A program made the translations under genes and the position numbers. Below the pieces are notes generated by a model, which was given only the letters and a program-made list of their open reading frames with translations, was not told the origin of the DNA and ran no database searches. Positions 18,837-36,400 of a DNA stretch of 64,000 bases are shown piece by piece. The stretch's first letter is position 1. The number at the start of each line of letters is the position of its first letter. The DNA is taken from NCBI GenBank assembly GCA_046597055.1, contig JBKJLC010000178.1, forward strand, positions 8,303 to 72,302, written 5' to 3'. Origin of the DNA: Kofleriaceae bacterium. Its GTDB lineage: Bacteria; Myxococcota_A; Polyangia; Haliangiales; Haliangiaceae.

Positions 18837-19490
18837 CTACCGCGCACGCTCCGCTTTCGCCTTGTACTCGTAGTAGCGCTCGAGAACCATCTTCAGATAG
18901 AGGCGCGTGTGCGCGTACGGCGGCACCTGGTTGCCGTACTTGGCGAGCGAGCCGGCGCCGGCGTGATACGCCGCGATCGTGAGGACGAGGTCGCCCTGGT
19001 ACTTGTTGGCCAGCACCCGCAGCAGCCGGGTGCCGCCCAGGATGTTCTCGCGGGGGTCGAACACGTTGGCGACCCGCATGTCGTGCTCGACCGCGGGCAT
19101 GAGCTGCATCAGGCCCTTGGCGCCCACCCGCGACACCACCCGCGGGTCGTAGTCGCTCTCGGTCTTGATCACCGCGCGGATCAGCGGCTCGGGGATGCGA
19201 TACAGCGACGACGCCTCGCCGATGAACCCGTTGTAGCGGGTCAGCCGCTCGGCGCTGTGGTCGCGGGCCGGCACCATGTCGCAGCGCGCGCAGCCGCCCC
19301 GATCGGCGCTGGCCTTGGTGCCGGCGTCGGGCGGCTCGACCACGATCTTCTTCCAGCCCCGGCCCTTGCGCGGCTTGATGTTGGTGAAGTGCACCACGCC
19401 GTCGTCGTCGGTCCACGTGTAGATGTCGGCCACCGCCGGCTCGAGCGCCACCAGCAGGACGCCGAGGACCAGGACGAGACGACCGGACAT
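18837..19490 (-). CDS. Lytic transglycosylase (SLT) with N-terminal DUF4124-like domain
   Basis: Signal peptide; ADIYTWTDDDGVVHFTN; AVIKTES, GAKGLMQLMP, AAYHAG motifs. Confidence 0.9.
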   Translation of the reverse strand: MSGRLVLVLGVLLVALEPAVADIYTWTDDDGVVHFTNIKPRKGRGWKKIVVEPPDAGTKASADRGGCARCDMVPARDHSAERLTRYNGFIGEASSLYRIPEPLIRAVIKTESDYDPRVVSRVGAKGLMQLMPAVEHDMRVANVFDPRENILGGTRLLRVLANKYQGDLVLTIAAYHAGAGSLAKYGNQVPPYAHTRLYLKMVLERYYEYKAKAERAR

Positions 19491-19576
19491 CCGGCTGAGT
19501 CTAACGGCCGGTGACCGCCCATGCAAAACCCGGTTCGCCGGCCGAGCCCGGCCACGGCTCGCGGTAAGGTCGCGCG

Positions 19577-21166
19577 ATGGCCGAGCCGGTCGAAACCGAT
19601 TATCTGGTCCTGGGCTCCGGGATCGCGGGCCTGTCCTTCGCGATCGACGCGGCCGCGCACGGCCGGGTGCTGGTCATCACGAAGAAGCAGCCGAGCGACA
19701 CCAACACCAACTGGGCGCAGGGCGGCGTCGCCGCGGTGCTCGCGACCGACGACTCGGTCGAGCAGCACGTCGCCGACACGCTGACCGTGGGCGATGGCCT
19801 GTGCAACCCGGCGGTGGTCGAGTCGATCGTCCGCGAGGGCCCGGCCGCGGTCGCCAAGCTGCTCGAGCTCGGCACCCACCTCGACCGCGGGGCCGACGGC
19901 GAGCTCGACCTCACGCGCGAGGGCGGCCACAGCCGCCGTCGGGTGGTCCACCACGAGGACGTCACCGGCCGCGAGATCCAGCGCGCGCTGCTCGCCGCCG
20001 CCGCGGCCCATCCCAACATCACCATCCTCGACGACCACATCGCGGTCGACCTGCTCAACATGGCCAAGTACGGCGGCGAGGCCGCCTGCTTCGGCGCCTA
20101 CGTGCTCGACCGCACCAGCGGCGAGGTCAAGACCATCGTCGCGCGGGCGACCGTGCTCGCCACCGGCGGCGCCGGCAAGGTCTACGTCTACACCTCCAAC
20201 CCGGACGTCGCCACCGGCGACGGCATCGCGATGGCGTACCGCATCGGCGCGGTGGTCTCGAACCTCGAGTTCGTCCAGTTCCATCCGACCGTGCTCTACC
20301 ACCCGCACGCCAAGAGCTTTCTCATCTCCGAGGCGCTGCGCGGCGAGGGCGGCAAGCTGCGGCTGGCCACCGGCGAGCGCTTCATGGACGCCTACCACGA
20401 GCGCGCCGAGCTCGGTCCGCGCGACGTGGTCGCCCGCGCGATCGACAACGAGCTCAAGAAGTCGGGGGCCGACTCGGTGTTCCTCGACATGACCCACCTG
20501 GCGCCCGACTTCGTGCGCGCGCGCTTCCCCAACATCCACGATCGGTGCCTCGAGCTCGGCATCGACATCACCAAGCAGCCGATCCCGGTGGTGCCGGCCG
20601 CGCACTACATGTGCGGGGGCATCAAGGCCGATGAGCACGGCCGCACCACCGTGCGCAACCTGTACGCGATCGGCGAGTGCTCGTGGACCGGCCTGCACGG
20701 CGCCTGTCGGCTCGCCTCGAACTCGCTGCTCGAGGGCATGGTGATCGCCAAGCGAGCCGCGGTCGACATCCGCGCCAGCGAGTCGGTGCGCCCCGGCCAG
20801 ATCATCCCGTGGCAGCGGGGCGAGGCGACCGACTCCAACGACGCGATCGTGGTCGCGCTCAACTGGGACGAGATCCGCCGCTTCATGTGGTCGTACGTCG
20901 GCATCGTGCGCTCCGACAAGCGCCTCGACCGGGCCCGCCGCCGCATCGAGCTGCTACGCGAGGAGATCCGCGAGTACTACTGGAACTTCAAGATCGACTC
21001 CGACGTGATCGAGCTCCGCAACCTCGCCCTGGTCGCCCACCTCATCATCGAGAGCGCGCGCCGGCGCAAGGAGTCGCGCGGCCTCCACTACACCGTCGAC
21101 TACCCGCAGAAGGCTGCCGTCGTACGCGACACCGAGCTCCAGCTCTCCAACGGCCCCGCCGCCTGA
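19577..21166 (+). CDS. nadB: L-aspartate oxidase
   Basis: GSGIAG FAD motif, NTNWAQGG, REGGHS.RR..H, QFHPT, LISEALRGEG, RLASNSLLE, ESRGLH. Confidence 0.95.
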   Translation: MAEPVETDYLVLGSGIAGLSFAIDAAAHGRVLVITKKQPSDTNTNWAQGGVAAVLATDDSVEQHVADTLTVGDGLCNPAVVESIVREGPAAVAKLLELGTHLDRGADGELDLTREGGHSRRRVVHHEDVTGREIQRALLAAAAAHPNITILDDHIAVDLLNMAKYGGEAACFGAYVLDRTSGEVKTIVARATVLATGGAGKVYVYTSNPDVATGDGIAMAYRIGAVVSNLEFVQFHPTVLYHPHAKSFLISEALRGEGGKLRLATGERFMDAYHERAELGPRDVVARAIDNELKKSGADSVFLDMTHLAPDFVRARFPNIHDRCLELGIDITKQPIPVVPAAHYMCGGIKADEHGRTTVRNLYAIGECSWTGLHGACRLASNSLLEGMVIAKRAAVDIRASESVRPGQIIPWQRGEATDSNDAIVVALNWDEIRRFMWSYVGIVRSDKRLDRARRRIELLREEIREYYWNFKIDSDVIELRNLALVAHLIIESARRRKESRGLHYTVDYPQKAAVVRDTELQLSNGPAA

Positions 21167-21360
21167 CCGCTTTCACACCCGCAGGCGTGAACCGCCGTTG
21201 ACGATCGTGGCCGGCCCTGGCGGCGCAACCTGGCAGGATCGCTCGGCTCCTGCGAGCGATCCCGCCGGCGGCCGCGCCGACGGCCCCTGGCATCGCGGTC
21301 GCAATACCGGGGAGCGTCACTTCGCGACGCACTCTTGACGGACGGCCCGCGTCGCGGGGG

Positions 21361-21396
21361 GCCGCCGGGGCATACCGCCCCGGCGGCTATTTTTTT
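21361..21396 (+). terminator. Rho-independent terminator
   Basis: 11-bp stem GCCGCCGGGGC/GCCCCGGCGGC, 5-nt loop, then TATTTTTTT. Confidence 0.85.
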
Positions 21397-21454
21397 CGGC
21401 GACGACGACCCGCGCGGGTTGCTCGCCAGGTACCCGCCGATCATCACGGTCATC

Positions 21455-24121
21455 TCAACGATGGCGCCGCAGGTAGGCCGCGACCTGCGGCGCATGTCGG
21501 GTGCGAACCGCGGCGCACGCGTCGTACGCGGCCAACCAGCGCGCCCGCTCCGCCGCCCCATAGCGGGGCAGCGTGACGAAGTGAGTATCGATGACCTCGA
21601 GGGCGGCGACGCGGAGGGCGGGATCACAGGTGCTCGGCGCCAGCCACCTGCGGTAGTCCTCGCCGACCTTGGGCAGGAGCGCCGGCGCATGGTCGCGAAG
21701 GAAGGCGAGCTGGACCGGCTGGGTCACCGGGTTTGCCCAGAACACGCCCAGCAGCTCGTGCGAGATCGCCGGCATGGCGAGAACCTGCTCGAGGACCCGC
21801 CGGTAGTGGACCGGATCGCGGATCGCGGACAGCGCGTTCGCCATCGCGCGACGCGCCAACGCGCGGGGCTCGGTACCGAGCCGGGCGAGGAGCTTGTCGG
21901 CCAACGAGCCGTCGCCGACCGCGACGGCCGTCGCGAGCACCGGATACCACATGGAGTCGGGCACCACGCCATGATCGTCGAGCCAGCGATGCGCCAGCGC
22001 GGTCGCCTCGCGTACGAGCGCAGGGTCGCGCGTGACCCGCGCCACCAGCGGAACCACCCTGCGCCGCATCGCTGCGGCCACCAGGCCTTCACCGGCGCGG
22101 GGGCGCCAGCCGACGCGGCGCGCGAGCTTGCCGACGCTGCCGCGGACGAGACGCGCGAACGCCGGTCGGTCGGGGGCAGCGACCTCCAGCTCCACGGCAC
22201 CGAGCGTCTGGATCGCGATTCCGGCCAGCTCGGGCACCGAGCTAGCGGTGAGCACCGGCAGCAGCTCCAGCGCGGCCGAGAGGTCGAGCTGCAGCAAGTC
22301 CACGAGCGCGCTGGTGTCGCCGGCCATCGCGACCTGCTCGGCCGGGCTGAGCTGCTTCCAGCCCCGGATCAGCGCGGCGCGCAGGTCCGGCGAGAGCTCG
22401 CTGACGTAGTCGCCGCCGGGACCTGGAATGATGCTGGCCGGACAGCGCGGGCCGAGCTCGAGATGGCCCGCGGCCTCGGTGAGGAGCGTGCACCGCGGCG
22501 TCGACTCGCCGGGAACCCGGACACAGATCGGGATGTGCCACCGCCCGGTCGCGGCCGCCCCGTCGAGCTGGTAGCGGCGCTGGCGCAGGGCCACCCGCGC
22601 CGGACCGCCGGCCGGACATTCCAGGGCCATCGAGACGATCGGCGCACCGGGCTGATCGAGCCAGGTCGCGAACGGCGTTGCGACGTCGACCTGACTGGCC
22701 TCGCCGATCGCCTGCAGGAAATCGGCGGCAGTGGCGTTGCCGCCGCGGTGGCGCGCGAGGTACTGGCGGACGCCGGCGCGGAACACGTCCGCGCCGAGCC
22801 ACTGCTCGAACATGTGGATCACCGTCGCGCCCTTGGCGTAGGTGATCTGGTCGAAGGCGCGGCCGATGTCGTTCTTCTCGCCGATCGGCTGGCGGATCGC
22901 GCGCGCGGACGGATCCCGTTCTGCGCCGATCGCGTCGAGCCGAGTGGCGGTCGCACCGAGGGCACCGCCGAACCCGACGTAGCCATCGGCGAGCAACCGG
23001 TCGGCCATCCAGGTGGAGAACGCCTCGTTCAGCCACAGGTCGTCCCACCAGGCGAGCGTGACCAGGTTGCCGAACCACTGATGCGCAAGCTCGTGCGCCA
23101 TGAAGTCGATCCCGGTCCGACGCACGGCGTCGCTCTCGCCGTCGCCGATGAGCAAGAGGCGCGGGGCGTACGTGATGAGGCCGACGTTCTCCATGGCGCC
23201 GCCGGGGCGACCGGGGATGACGACGTGGTCAAGCTTCTCGTAGGGGTACGGAATGCCCGTGTAGGCCTCGAGCGCGGCGACCAGCGGTCCGGACTGCCGG
23301 GCCATGAACGCCGCTTCGGCGGTGCGACCGCGTGGGACCAGGATGCGCATCGGCGCGCCGCCGCGGGTGGTGCCGGCGTCGACCGCCTCGAACCGGCCGA
23401 CCGCGAAGGCGAACAGGTAGCTGGGGATCGGCTGGGTCGGTGCGAACTCGACGCGCCGTCGCCCCGCGGCGACCGGTGTCTCGCGCGCGATCGGCGTGTT
23501 GGACGCGGCGAGCAGGTCCGCAGGCACGGTGAGCTCGAGCTGCCAGGGCACCTTGAAGCCGGGCTCGTCGAAGCACGGCGCGACCCTCCGGGCGCCCATG
23601 GGTTCCAGATCGGTGACGACGTACCAGTCACCGCGCTCCTCGGAGCGGATCATGCCGTCGGTCTGGCCGGTCGGCTGGATGCCCGTGTACTCGAGCTCGA
23701 CCGTGAGGCGGCCCGGATCGAGGACGCGGTCACCGACCAGCCCGATCACGCCCTCGGGACCTGCGACCACGCGCAGCGGACGGTCACCGGTGGCGGACGA
23801 GACCCGAGCAGATGCGATCGTCAGATTGTGGGCGTTGAGCCACAGCGGATTCACGGCCTCGCGCACCTCGATGTCGATCGCGACCCGGCCGCGGAAGGTC
23901 TCGAGCGCTGGGTCGACGTCGAGTGCGAGTCGGTAGGCGAGCGGACGCGCCGCGGTCGACAGCCGGATCCCGTCCGGGGCGGGCGTGGTCGCGACGGCGA
24001 CCGCTGGCGACGGCGCGACCGGGGTGGCCGGCGCGGACGGAGGTGCGACTCGCGGCGGGGCGCCACAGGTAGCCAGCACGAGGGCAGCGAGGCCAGGGAA
24101 GACGAAGCGGCGGACGGACAT
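21455..24121 (-). CDS. M1 family zinc aminopeptidase (PepN/ERAP1-like), exported
   Basis: GAMEN exopeptidase motif, HELAH…WLNE zinc motif, ITYAKG; signal/lipobox-like N-terminus from MSVRRF. Confidence 0.92.
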   Translation of the reverse strand: MSVRRFVFPGLAALVLATCGAPPRVAPPSAPATPVAPSPAVAVATTPAPDGIRLSTAARPLAYRLALDVDPALETFRGRVAIDIEVREAVNPLWLNAHNLTIASARVSSATGDRPLRVVAGPEGVIGLVGDRVLDPGRLTVELEYTGIQPTGQTDGMIRSEERGDWYVVTDLEPMGARRVAPCFDEPGFKVPWQLELTVPADLLAASNTPIARETPVAAGRRRVEFAPTQPIPSYLFAFAVGRFEAVDAGTTRGGAPMRILVPRGRTAEAAFMARQSGPLVAALEAYTGIPYPYEKLDHVVIPGRPGGAMENVGLITYAPRLLLIGDGESDAVRRTGIDFMAHELAHQWFGNLVTLAWWDDLWLNEAFSTWMADRLLADGYVGFGGALGATATRLDAIGAERDPSARAIRQPIGEKNDIGRAFDQITYAKGATVIHMFEQWLGADVFRAGVRQYLARHRGGNATAADFLQAIGEASQVDVATPFATWLDQPGAPIVSMALECPAGGPARVALRQRRYQLDGAAATGRWHIPICVRVPGESTPRCTLLTEAAGHLELGPRCPASIIPGPGGDYVSELSPDLRAALIRGWKQLSPAEQVAMAGDTSALVDLLQLDLSAALELLPVLTASSVPELAGIAIQTLGAVELEVAAPDRPAFARLVRGSVGKLARRVGWRPRAGEGLVAAAMRRRVVPLVARVTRDPALVREATALAHRWLDDHGVVPDSMWYPVLATAVAVGDGSLADKLLARLGTEPRALARRAMANALSAIRDPVHYRRVLEQVLAMPAISHELLGVFWANPVTQPVQLAFLRDHAPALLPKVGEDYRRWLAPSTCDPALRVAALEVIDTHFVTLPRYGAAERARWLAAYDACAAVRTRHAPQVAAYLRRHR

Positions 24122-24379
24122 GAACGACTCCGGTCGAACGGATACACGAAGACGCCCGGCCTGTCGGGCAGGCCGGGCCGCGGTTGCGAGGCACCGCACA
24201 GGTCGACGGCTCCGCCGGCAGGGCCTGGCAAGGTCCGCCGCTGGATGAACCAAGCTGCGCCCCGCCCCGCGGGCCCGGCGTTCGTCCGCTCGATCGCCGA
24301 CCCGCCGTGCTATGTGCCGTCTGATGTACCGGCACGTGTGCACGCTGACGACGCTCGACCGCGCCGCGGGGGTCACCCC

Positions 24380-25776
<1,397 letters not shown>

Positions 25777-25777
<1 letters not shown>

Positions 25778-25800
25778 CCTGACAGCCTCCTGTCAGGTTT
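25777..25800 (+). terminator. Inverted repeat ACCTGACAG-cctc-CTGTCAGGT followed by TT (terminator or operator)
   Basis: Perfect 9-bp stem directly after the activator stop and ~50 bp upstream of the lhr -10 box. Confidence 0.5.
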
Positions 25801-25857
25801 GCGCGCCCGCGCCGAGGGCGGCCCGAGCCGCCGCGCCAGGGTGCGCTAGGGTGCGCC

Positions 25858-30510
<4,653 letters not shown>

Positions 30511-30519
30511 CCCACCGCC

Positions 30520-31344
30520 ATGCCCGAAGGCGACAGCATCTTCCGGGTCGCGACCCAGCTCCGGCCCCACCTCCTCCCCACCCCGCTGACGTCGGTCACG
30601 ATCGCGGGCGCCACCCGCCACGACCTCGCCGGCGCGCAGGTCACCGCGGTCACCCCGCTCGGCAAGCACCTCCTGATCGATCTCGATCGCGGCTGGCAGC
30701 TCCGCATCCACCTCGGCATGAACGGCCGCTGGCGCCGGTTCCGCGCCGGCGGTGACGCCCCGCCACCGTCGGCCTCGCTCATCCTCACCACCGCGACCGA
30801 CGGCTTCGCCTGCTTGCGGGCCAAGACCGTCGAGCTGTCGGCGGTCCGCGACCCGCGCCACGGCCGCGCGATCGCCGCGCTCGGCCCCGACGTCCTCGAC
30901 CCCGGGTTCGACCCCACCATCGCGGCCGCCCGGGCGCTCGCCACCGGCGGCGAGATCGGCCACGTCCTCCTCGATCAGCGGGTCTCCTGCGGCATCGGCA
31001 ACGTCTACAAGTGCGAGGCGCTGTACGTGCAGCGCACCAGCCCGTTCATCGACGTCAGGGCCCTGCCACCCGACCAGGTCGCGGCGCTGTTCCTCGCCGC
31101 CAGCCGCCTGATGCGCGCCAACCTGACGCCCGGCATGCGCCGCACCCGCCCCGGCTTCCGCGAGAGCCGCTTCGACCGCTACCACGTCTATCGCCGCGCT
31201 GGCCGCCCGTGCGAGCGCTGCGGCACCCGCATCGCGACCGCGGTCCAGGGCGTCAACACCCCGCGCACCACCTACTACTGCCCGACCTGCCAGCCGACGC
31301 CGCCCGGCATCACCCCACGGCGCCGCGGCCGGCGCCCGGTGTAG
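30520..31344 (+). CDS. nei: Fpg/Nei family DNA glycosylase/AP lyase
   Basis: N-terminal MPEG, GKHL, HLGMNG, LLDQ…GIGNVY (H2TH), C-terminal CxxC…CPTCQ zinc finger; 9 nt after lhr. Confidence 0.9.
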   Translation: MPEGDSIFRVATQLRPHLLPTPLTSVTIAGATRHDLAGAQVTAVTPLGKHLLIDLDRGWQLRIHLGMNGRWRRFRAGGDAPPPSASLILTTATDGFACLRAKTVELSAVRDPRHGRAIAALGPDVLDPGFDPTIAAARALATGGEIGHVLLDQRVSCGIGNVYKCEALYVQRTSPFIDVRALPPDQVAALFLAASRLMRANLTPGMRRTRPGFRESRFDRYHVYRRAGRPCERCGTRIATAVQGVNTPRTTYYCPTCQPTPPGITPRRRGRRPV

Positions 31345-31353
31345 CCTCACCCC

Positions 31354-31842
31354 ATGCCTCGCCTCGCGGTCACCGCCGCCGCTGTCGCCACCGTCGCCCT
31401 CGGATGCGGCTCGTCGCCGCCGCCACCGCCGGTCCTGTCCAACACCAGCGCGGCGCCGCTCGAGCCCGAGGCCACCGGCCCCGCGTCCGGCGCCACCGAC
31501 GGCGCGCTGTGGACCTGCCAGATCGGCGACTACGACCCGCAGCCGTGCAAGCTCGGCCGCGACGGCGACCGCTGGACCCTGCGCAAGCTGCTCGGCTCGC
31601 AGCGGTTCCGCGGCGCGGTGACCTTCGCGCCCGACGGGTCGATCACCTTCGATGGCAGCTACTTCTGCCCGTGGGGCGAGTGCGACCAACCCATGCAGAC
31701 GACCTTCCAGCGCACCGACGACGGCGGGTACGCGACCGGGTTCGACAACGACACCATCCGCCTCGAGTGGAACCCCGACAACGCCCGCGCGTACGGCGGC
31801 GCCGGCTACGGGGCCCTGACCGGCGACGAGACCGGCGACTAG
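31354..31842 (+). CDS. Hypothetical lipoprotein
   Basis: Lipobox ALGC, Pro-rich linker, Cys-containing beta-rich domain; GC3-rich codons. Confidence 0.75.
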   Translation: MPRLAVTAAAVATVALGCGSSPPPPPVLSNTSAAPLEPEATGPASGATDGALWTCQIGDYDPQPCKLGRDGDRWTLRKLLGSQRFRGAVTFAPDGSITFDGSYFCPWGECDQPMQTTFQRTDDGGYATGFDNDTIRLEWNPDNARAYGGAGYGALTGDETGD

Positions 31843-31901
31843 ACGACGAGTGCCCGCGGGACCACGGGCACCGACCGCGGCGCTGCGCTATCTTCGGGGC
31901 G

Positions 31902-32639
31902 ATGGCGCGCCGGATCGGGTCTGTCTTCGCCGCTGCGTCGCTGGCGCTGGTGCTGGCGACCGGCGCGTGCCGCGCGTCGCTCGGCGGCAAGGCGCCCCCG
32001 GCCGAGGGCGGCGTGGCCGCCCTGGTCCGAGCCCTCGAGGGCGACGACCCGCGCGCCGCCTACGCGCTTCTCTCGCGGCACACCCGCAAGCAGGTCAGCT
32101 TCGAGGCGTTCGCGATCCAGTGGAAGGCGAGCCGCATCGAACGCGCCTGGCAGGCCGCGCGCCTGGCCGAGGCGCTCCGCGGCGATCCCGACGTCGGCGA
32201 GCGCGCCGCGGTGACCTACCCCGACGGCAAGTCGGTGCTGCTCGAGCGCGAGGGCGCGCGCTGGCGGCTCGAGTCGGCGCTGATCTCACGGGTCCGCGCC
32301 GGCCGCCCGCGCGACGCCATCCGCATGTTCGCCGAGGCAGTGCGCCACAACGACCTGGAGGCGATGCTGCGCACGCTCACGCTGCGCCGCCGCGAGGGCC
32401 TGGCCCGCCAGATCGAGGGCTTCCTCGCCGGCATCGATCGCAAGGTCGACGGCAAGCTCGAGGAGATCGGCAACGACCGCGCCGAGCTGCGCTGGGACGA
32501 GAACGGCGTGCGCTTCCGGATCGTGCTCCGCAAGGAGGATGACGAGTGGCGCATCGACGACATCCACATCCACCCGGTGCCCAAGGGCGAGGCCGACGAC
32601 GACGCCGCCGGCGAACCGGACGACGACATCATCTTCTGA
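31902..32639 (+). CDS. Hypothetical lipoprotein with two tandem NTF2-like modules
   Basis: Lipobox TGAC; two modules each ending in L.(R/K)E…WR(L/I); acidic tail. Confidence 0.7.
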   Translation: MARRIGSVFAAASLALVLATGACRASLGGKAPPAEGGVAALVRALEGDDPRAAYALLSRHTRKQVSFEAFAIQWKASRIERAWQAARLAEALRGDPDVGERAAVTYPDGKSVLLEREGARWRLESALISRVRAGRPRDAIRMFAEAVRHNDLEAMLRTLTLRRREGLARQIEGFLAGIDRKVDGKLEEIGNDRAELRWDENGVRFRIVLRKEDDEWRIDDIHIHPVPKGEADDDAAGEPDDDIIF

Positions 32640-32921
32640 GCAGCCCCGCACGCGCGGGTCCGGCGCGGCCGGACTCGCCGTCGGCGCGGCCAAGGTCCCG
32701 TCGCTGGCTCGATCCGGGGTCCCCGGATGCGTCGCGCGGCCGTGCCATTGCCTCTGCTCACCGACGCCCGCACCACCCGGCCCTGGAATTTACGAGCGCT
32801 CTGGGACCTCGACCCCGCCTCGACTCGTCCTCCGTGCTGACCACGAACACCGGACTCATGCTCGGCATCTTCTGGCTGCGATCGTCAGGCGGGCTGTCCG
32901 CCGGACCGATCTGACCGCGAG

Positions 32922-33134
32922 CTAGCCGGCGTCGTCGAGCCCGCGCCGCACCAGGGCCTCGGTGGGGCGCATCGCCGCCAGGTCGCGCAGCAGCGCCTCG
33001 TAGTCGCGCGCGCGCGGCACCGGGGGGCCGGGCAGCACCTCTCGATCGTCGAACGGCGCCACGTCGGGTGGCGCCTCGCCGAGGACCACGCCGCCGCGGG
33101 CGCGGAACTCCTGGGAGAACGCCTCGCGCGTCAT
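32922..33134 (-). CDS. Small hypothetical protein or gene remnant
   Basis: MTREAFSQEF…GLDDAG with genome-like codon use; true start unclear. Confidence 0.35.
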   Translation of the reverse strand: MTREAFSQEFRARGGVVLGEAPPDVAPFDDREVLPGPPVPRARDYEALLRDLAAMRPTEALVRRGLDDAG

Positions 33135-33409
33135 CCGGTCCCCGAGCACCGGGACCGGACCGACCGGGAACCGATCCTGCGCGCGGATCTCGAGCGCGAG
33201 CACGCGGCGCGACCGCTGGCCGCGCGTGCCTGATCGGTGACGCAGGTGCGCCCTACGTGTCGCGCCTACATGTCGTGGCCTCGCGGTTGCGGTCCGCATC
33301 GCTGGCACTCGACGTCGCTTCGCCCGTGCCACGCGAACCGCACTTGGATGTCCCGACGCTGAATCACGGCCCAGTGCGGGCGATGCTGCTGCTATGGTCA
33401 GCACCTGGC

Positions 33410-36400
33410 ATGACCGCGGAGCTTTCACGGGTCGCTGACATCGGGGGGCGATTCACGGAGCGGCGGCAGCTGGGCGGCGGCGCGATGGGCACGGTGTATC
33501 GCGTGTACGACGCCGAGCGCCACGCCGAGGTGGCGCTCAAGATCCTGCGTCGCGTCGACGGCGCCGCGCTCGCGCGCTTCAAGCGCGAGTTCCGCTCGCT
33601 CGCCGGTCTCGTACACCCAAACCTGGTGACGCTGTACGAGCTGGGCTCGGTCGGAGACGTCTGGTTTTTGACCATGGAACTGGTCGAGGGGTGCGACTTC
33701 CTCGAGCATGTCCGACCGTACCGACAGGCGCTCGCGGTCGAGTCGCAGCAGCTGGATGATCACAAGCCGGTCAGTCGTACCCGCAGCTCCACGAATGCGG
33801 CCGACAGCGACCGCACCACCACGATGCTTACCCCAGAGCCCGGCGACCCGGTCAGCACCGTGAACCGGGCCAACTTGCGCGCTCGCGAGGCGATCGTCCG
33901 GGCGCGCCTCGACGAGCCCCGGCTGCGCGCGTCGTTTGCGCAGCTCGCGCAGGGGCTGGTGGCGCTGCACGACGCGGGCAGTCTGCACTGTGATCTCAAG
34001 CCTTCGAACGTCCTGGTGTCGACGCAGGGGCGCGTGCTGCTTTGCGACTTTGGCCTGGTCGCCGATCTGCGGCAGGAGTCACGTAGCCCGGAGCAAGAGA
34101 TCGCTGGCACGCCCGCGTACATGTCTCCCGAACAGGCGAACGGTGAGCCGCTCGGCGAGGCGACGGACTGGTACAGCGCCGGCGTCATGCTCTACGAGGC
34201 GCTCACGGGCCATCGCCCGTTCGCGGGCGCGCCCGCGGCTGTCCTGCGCGCCAAGCTGGAGCGCGCGGCAGCTCCGGTCAGGGAGATCGCGCCCGACGCG
34301 CCCGCCGATCTTGCCGAGCTGTGTGACGCGTTGCTAGCGCGCGATCCGTCGGCGCGCGCCTCCCGCGCCGACGTGTTCACACGCCGGGCGGCCTGGGGTG
34401 CCCACGCACACGCTGTGACCACGGCGGGCGAGCGCGACGCCGTGCCGTTCGTCGGGCGACAGGCGCAGCTGGTCGCCATCGAGCAAGCGTTCGCGGACGC
34501 GCGCACGGGCTGCGTCCCGGTGCTGCTCGCCGGCCTCTCCGGCATGGGGAAGACATCGCTCGCCCGCGCCTTCCTCGAGCGTGCGCAGCAGGACCCGCGC
34601 GTGCTGGTCCTCGCGGGCCGCTGCTACCAGAATGAGTCGGTGCCCTACAAGGCCATCGACGCGCTGGTCGATAGCCTGGGCAGTTACCTCGCAGGCCTGC
34701 CCGAGCCCGAGCGCCAGGTGGTGATGCGCGACGAGGCCCACGCGCTGGCGCGGCTGTTCCCGGTGCTGGCGCGCCTCGAGGAGGGACGGCCGCCCGGCCG
34801 CGACGAGTCGGGCGATTCACAGCAGCTGCGCCAGCGTGCGTTCGACGGACTCACCCGCATTCTCGCGCGGATCGCGCAAACCCGACCGACGGTGTTGTTC
34901 ATCGACGACCTGCAGTGGGGTGACCTCGACTCGGCGGCATTTCTGGCGGGGCTGGCGCAGGCACGCGCGGCCGCGCCCGTGTTGCTGCTCGTCACCTACC
35001 GCACCGATGAGCAGGCCACGAGCCCGCTCCTGCGCGCGCTGCTCGACTCGGACTCCGTCACCTGTATCCTGAGCCAGGCCCGCACGATCGCGGTCGACTC
35101 GCTGGCCGACGACGAAGCGCGCGCGCTGGCGACGTCGATCGTGCGCGACCAGGGACGCTCCGCGTCGTCGCTGGATGCGATCTTGCGCGAGTCACGCGGT
35201 CATCCGCTCTTCCTGAGCGAGCTTGCGCGCGCGGTCGGCGCGGCCAGGGAGCCACACGACGACCGGCCGGTCGCGCTCGACGCGCTCCTCCAGGATCGAG
35301 TGCGGGCATTGCCCGCGGAGGCGCGCGCCCTGATGATGACGACCGCCCTGGTCGGTCGTCCCATGCCGGTCTCGTTGCTGGCCCAGGCGGCCGAGCTGCA
35401 GGACGAGCCCGCGGCGGCGGCCGTGCTGCTCGCGCAGCACCTGGTGCGAAGCCGTAGGCGCGAGGGGATCGAGCAGTTCGAGCCTTACCACGATCGCATC
35501 CGCGAGGCGTCGATCGCTCTGTTATCGGCGGACGAGGCGCGCGCCTACCACGCGCGCATCGCGAGCGTGCTCGAGCGGGAGCCGGACGGCGATCCGCTGC
35601 CACTCGCCGAGCACTGGCTGGCGGCCGGCGAGCTCCAGCGCGCCGGTGTCTACGTGGCCGAAGCGGCGGCACGCGCCGAGCGTGCGCTGGCGTTCTCCAG
35701 CGCGGCGCGCCTCCATCGCCTGCACCTCGAGCTCGTCGAAGGGCTCGATGATGACCGGCGCCGGATCGTGCAGGTGAAGCTCGCCGACGCGCTGAGCAAC
35801 GCGGGCGCCCTGGTCGAGGCCGCCGACGCGTTTCGCGCTGCCGCCGACGGCGCACCCACGGGCGTGGCGATCAACCTGCGCGCTCGGGCCGCCGGGGAGC
35901 TCATCCGTTCCGGCAAGCTCGACGAAGGCCTGGCGCTGGCTCAAGCGGTGCTGCAGGAGGTAGGCCTCAAGCTACCGAAGGGGCGTGTGCGCATCCTGGC
36001 GGGCCTGTTGCTGCGCCGCGCGTGGGTGGCCGTGCGCGGCCTTCGCTTCCACGACGTGCCACCGGAGGATTGGTCCGAGCACGTCGCCCACCGCATCGAC
36101 GCCTGCCAGGCCGTCGCAGGCGGCCTGAGCACAGTGCTACCCGTGCACGGCGCCTACTTCCACGCCCGCCAGCTCTTGTGGGCGCGCCGCCTGGGAGACC
36201 CGCGTCGCTTCGCACTCGCGCTCAACCTCGAGGTCGGCTTTCGCAGCCTGGCGGGCGCCCGATCGCGGCCGGCGGTGGTGCGCATCGTGGCCCAGGCCAC
36301 CAAGCTCGGGGAACGGGCCGGCGGCCCCGTTGTCGCCGGCTTCGCCGTCGGCGGAAACGGCTTGTCGGCGTTTCTCGCCGGTGACTTCACGACCGCGTTT

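Noticed and set aside
24154..24178. Hairpin in the M1 peptidase leader as a riboswitch or attenuator
   Set aside because: Single GC stem with no recognisable aptamer or U tract.
32640..32914. Short + strand ORF (…LTTNTGLMLGIFWLRSSGGLSAGPI) or sRNA
   Set aside because: No convincing start signal, motif or terminator.
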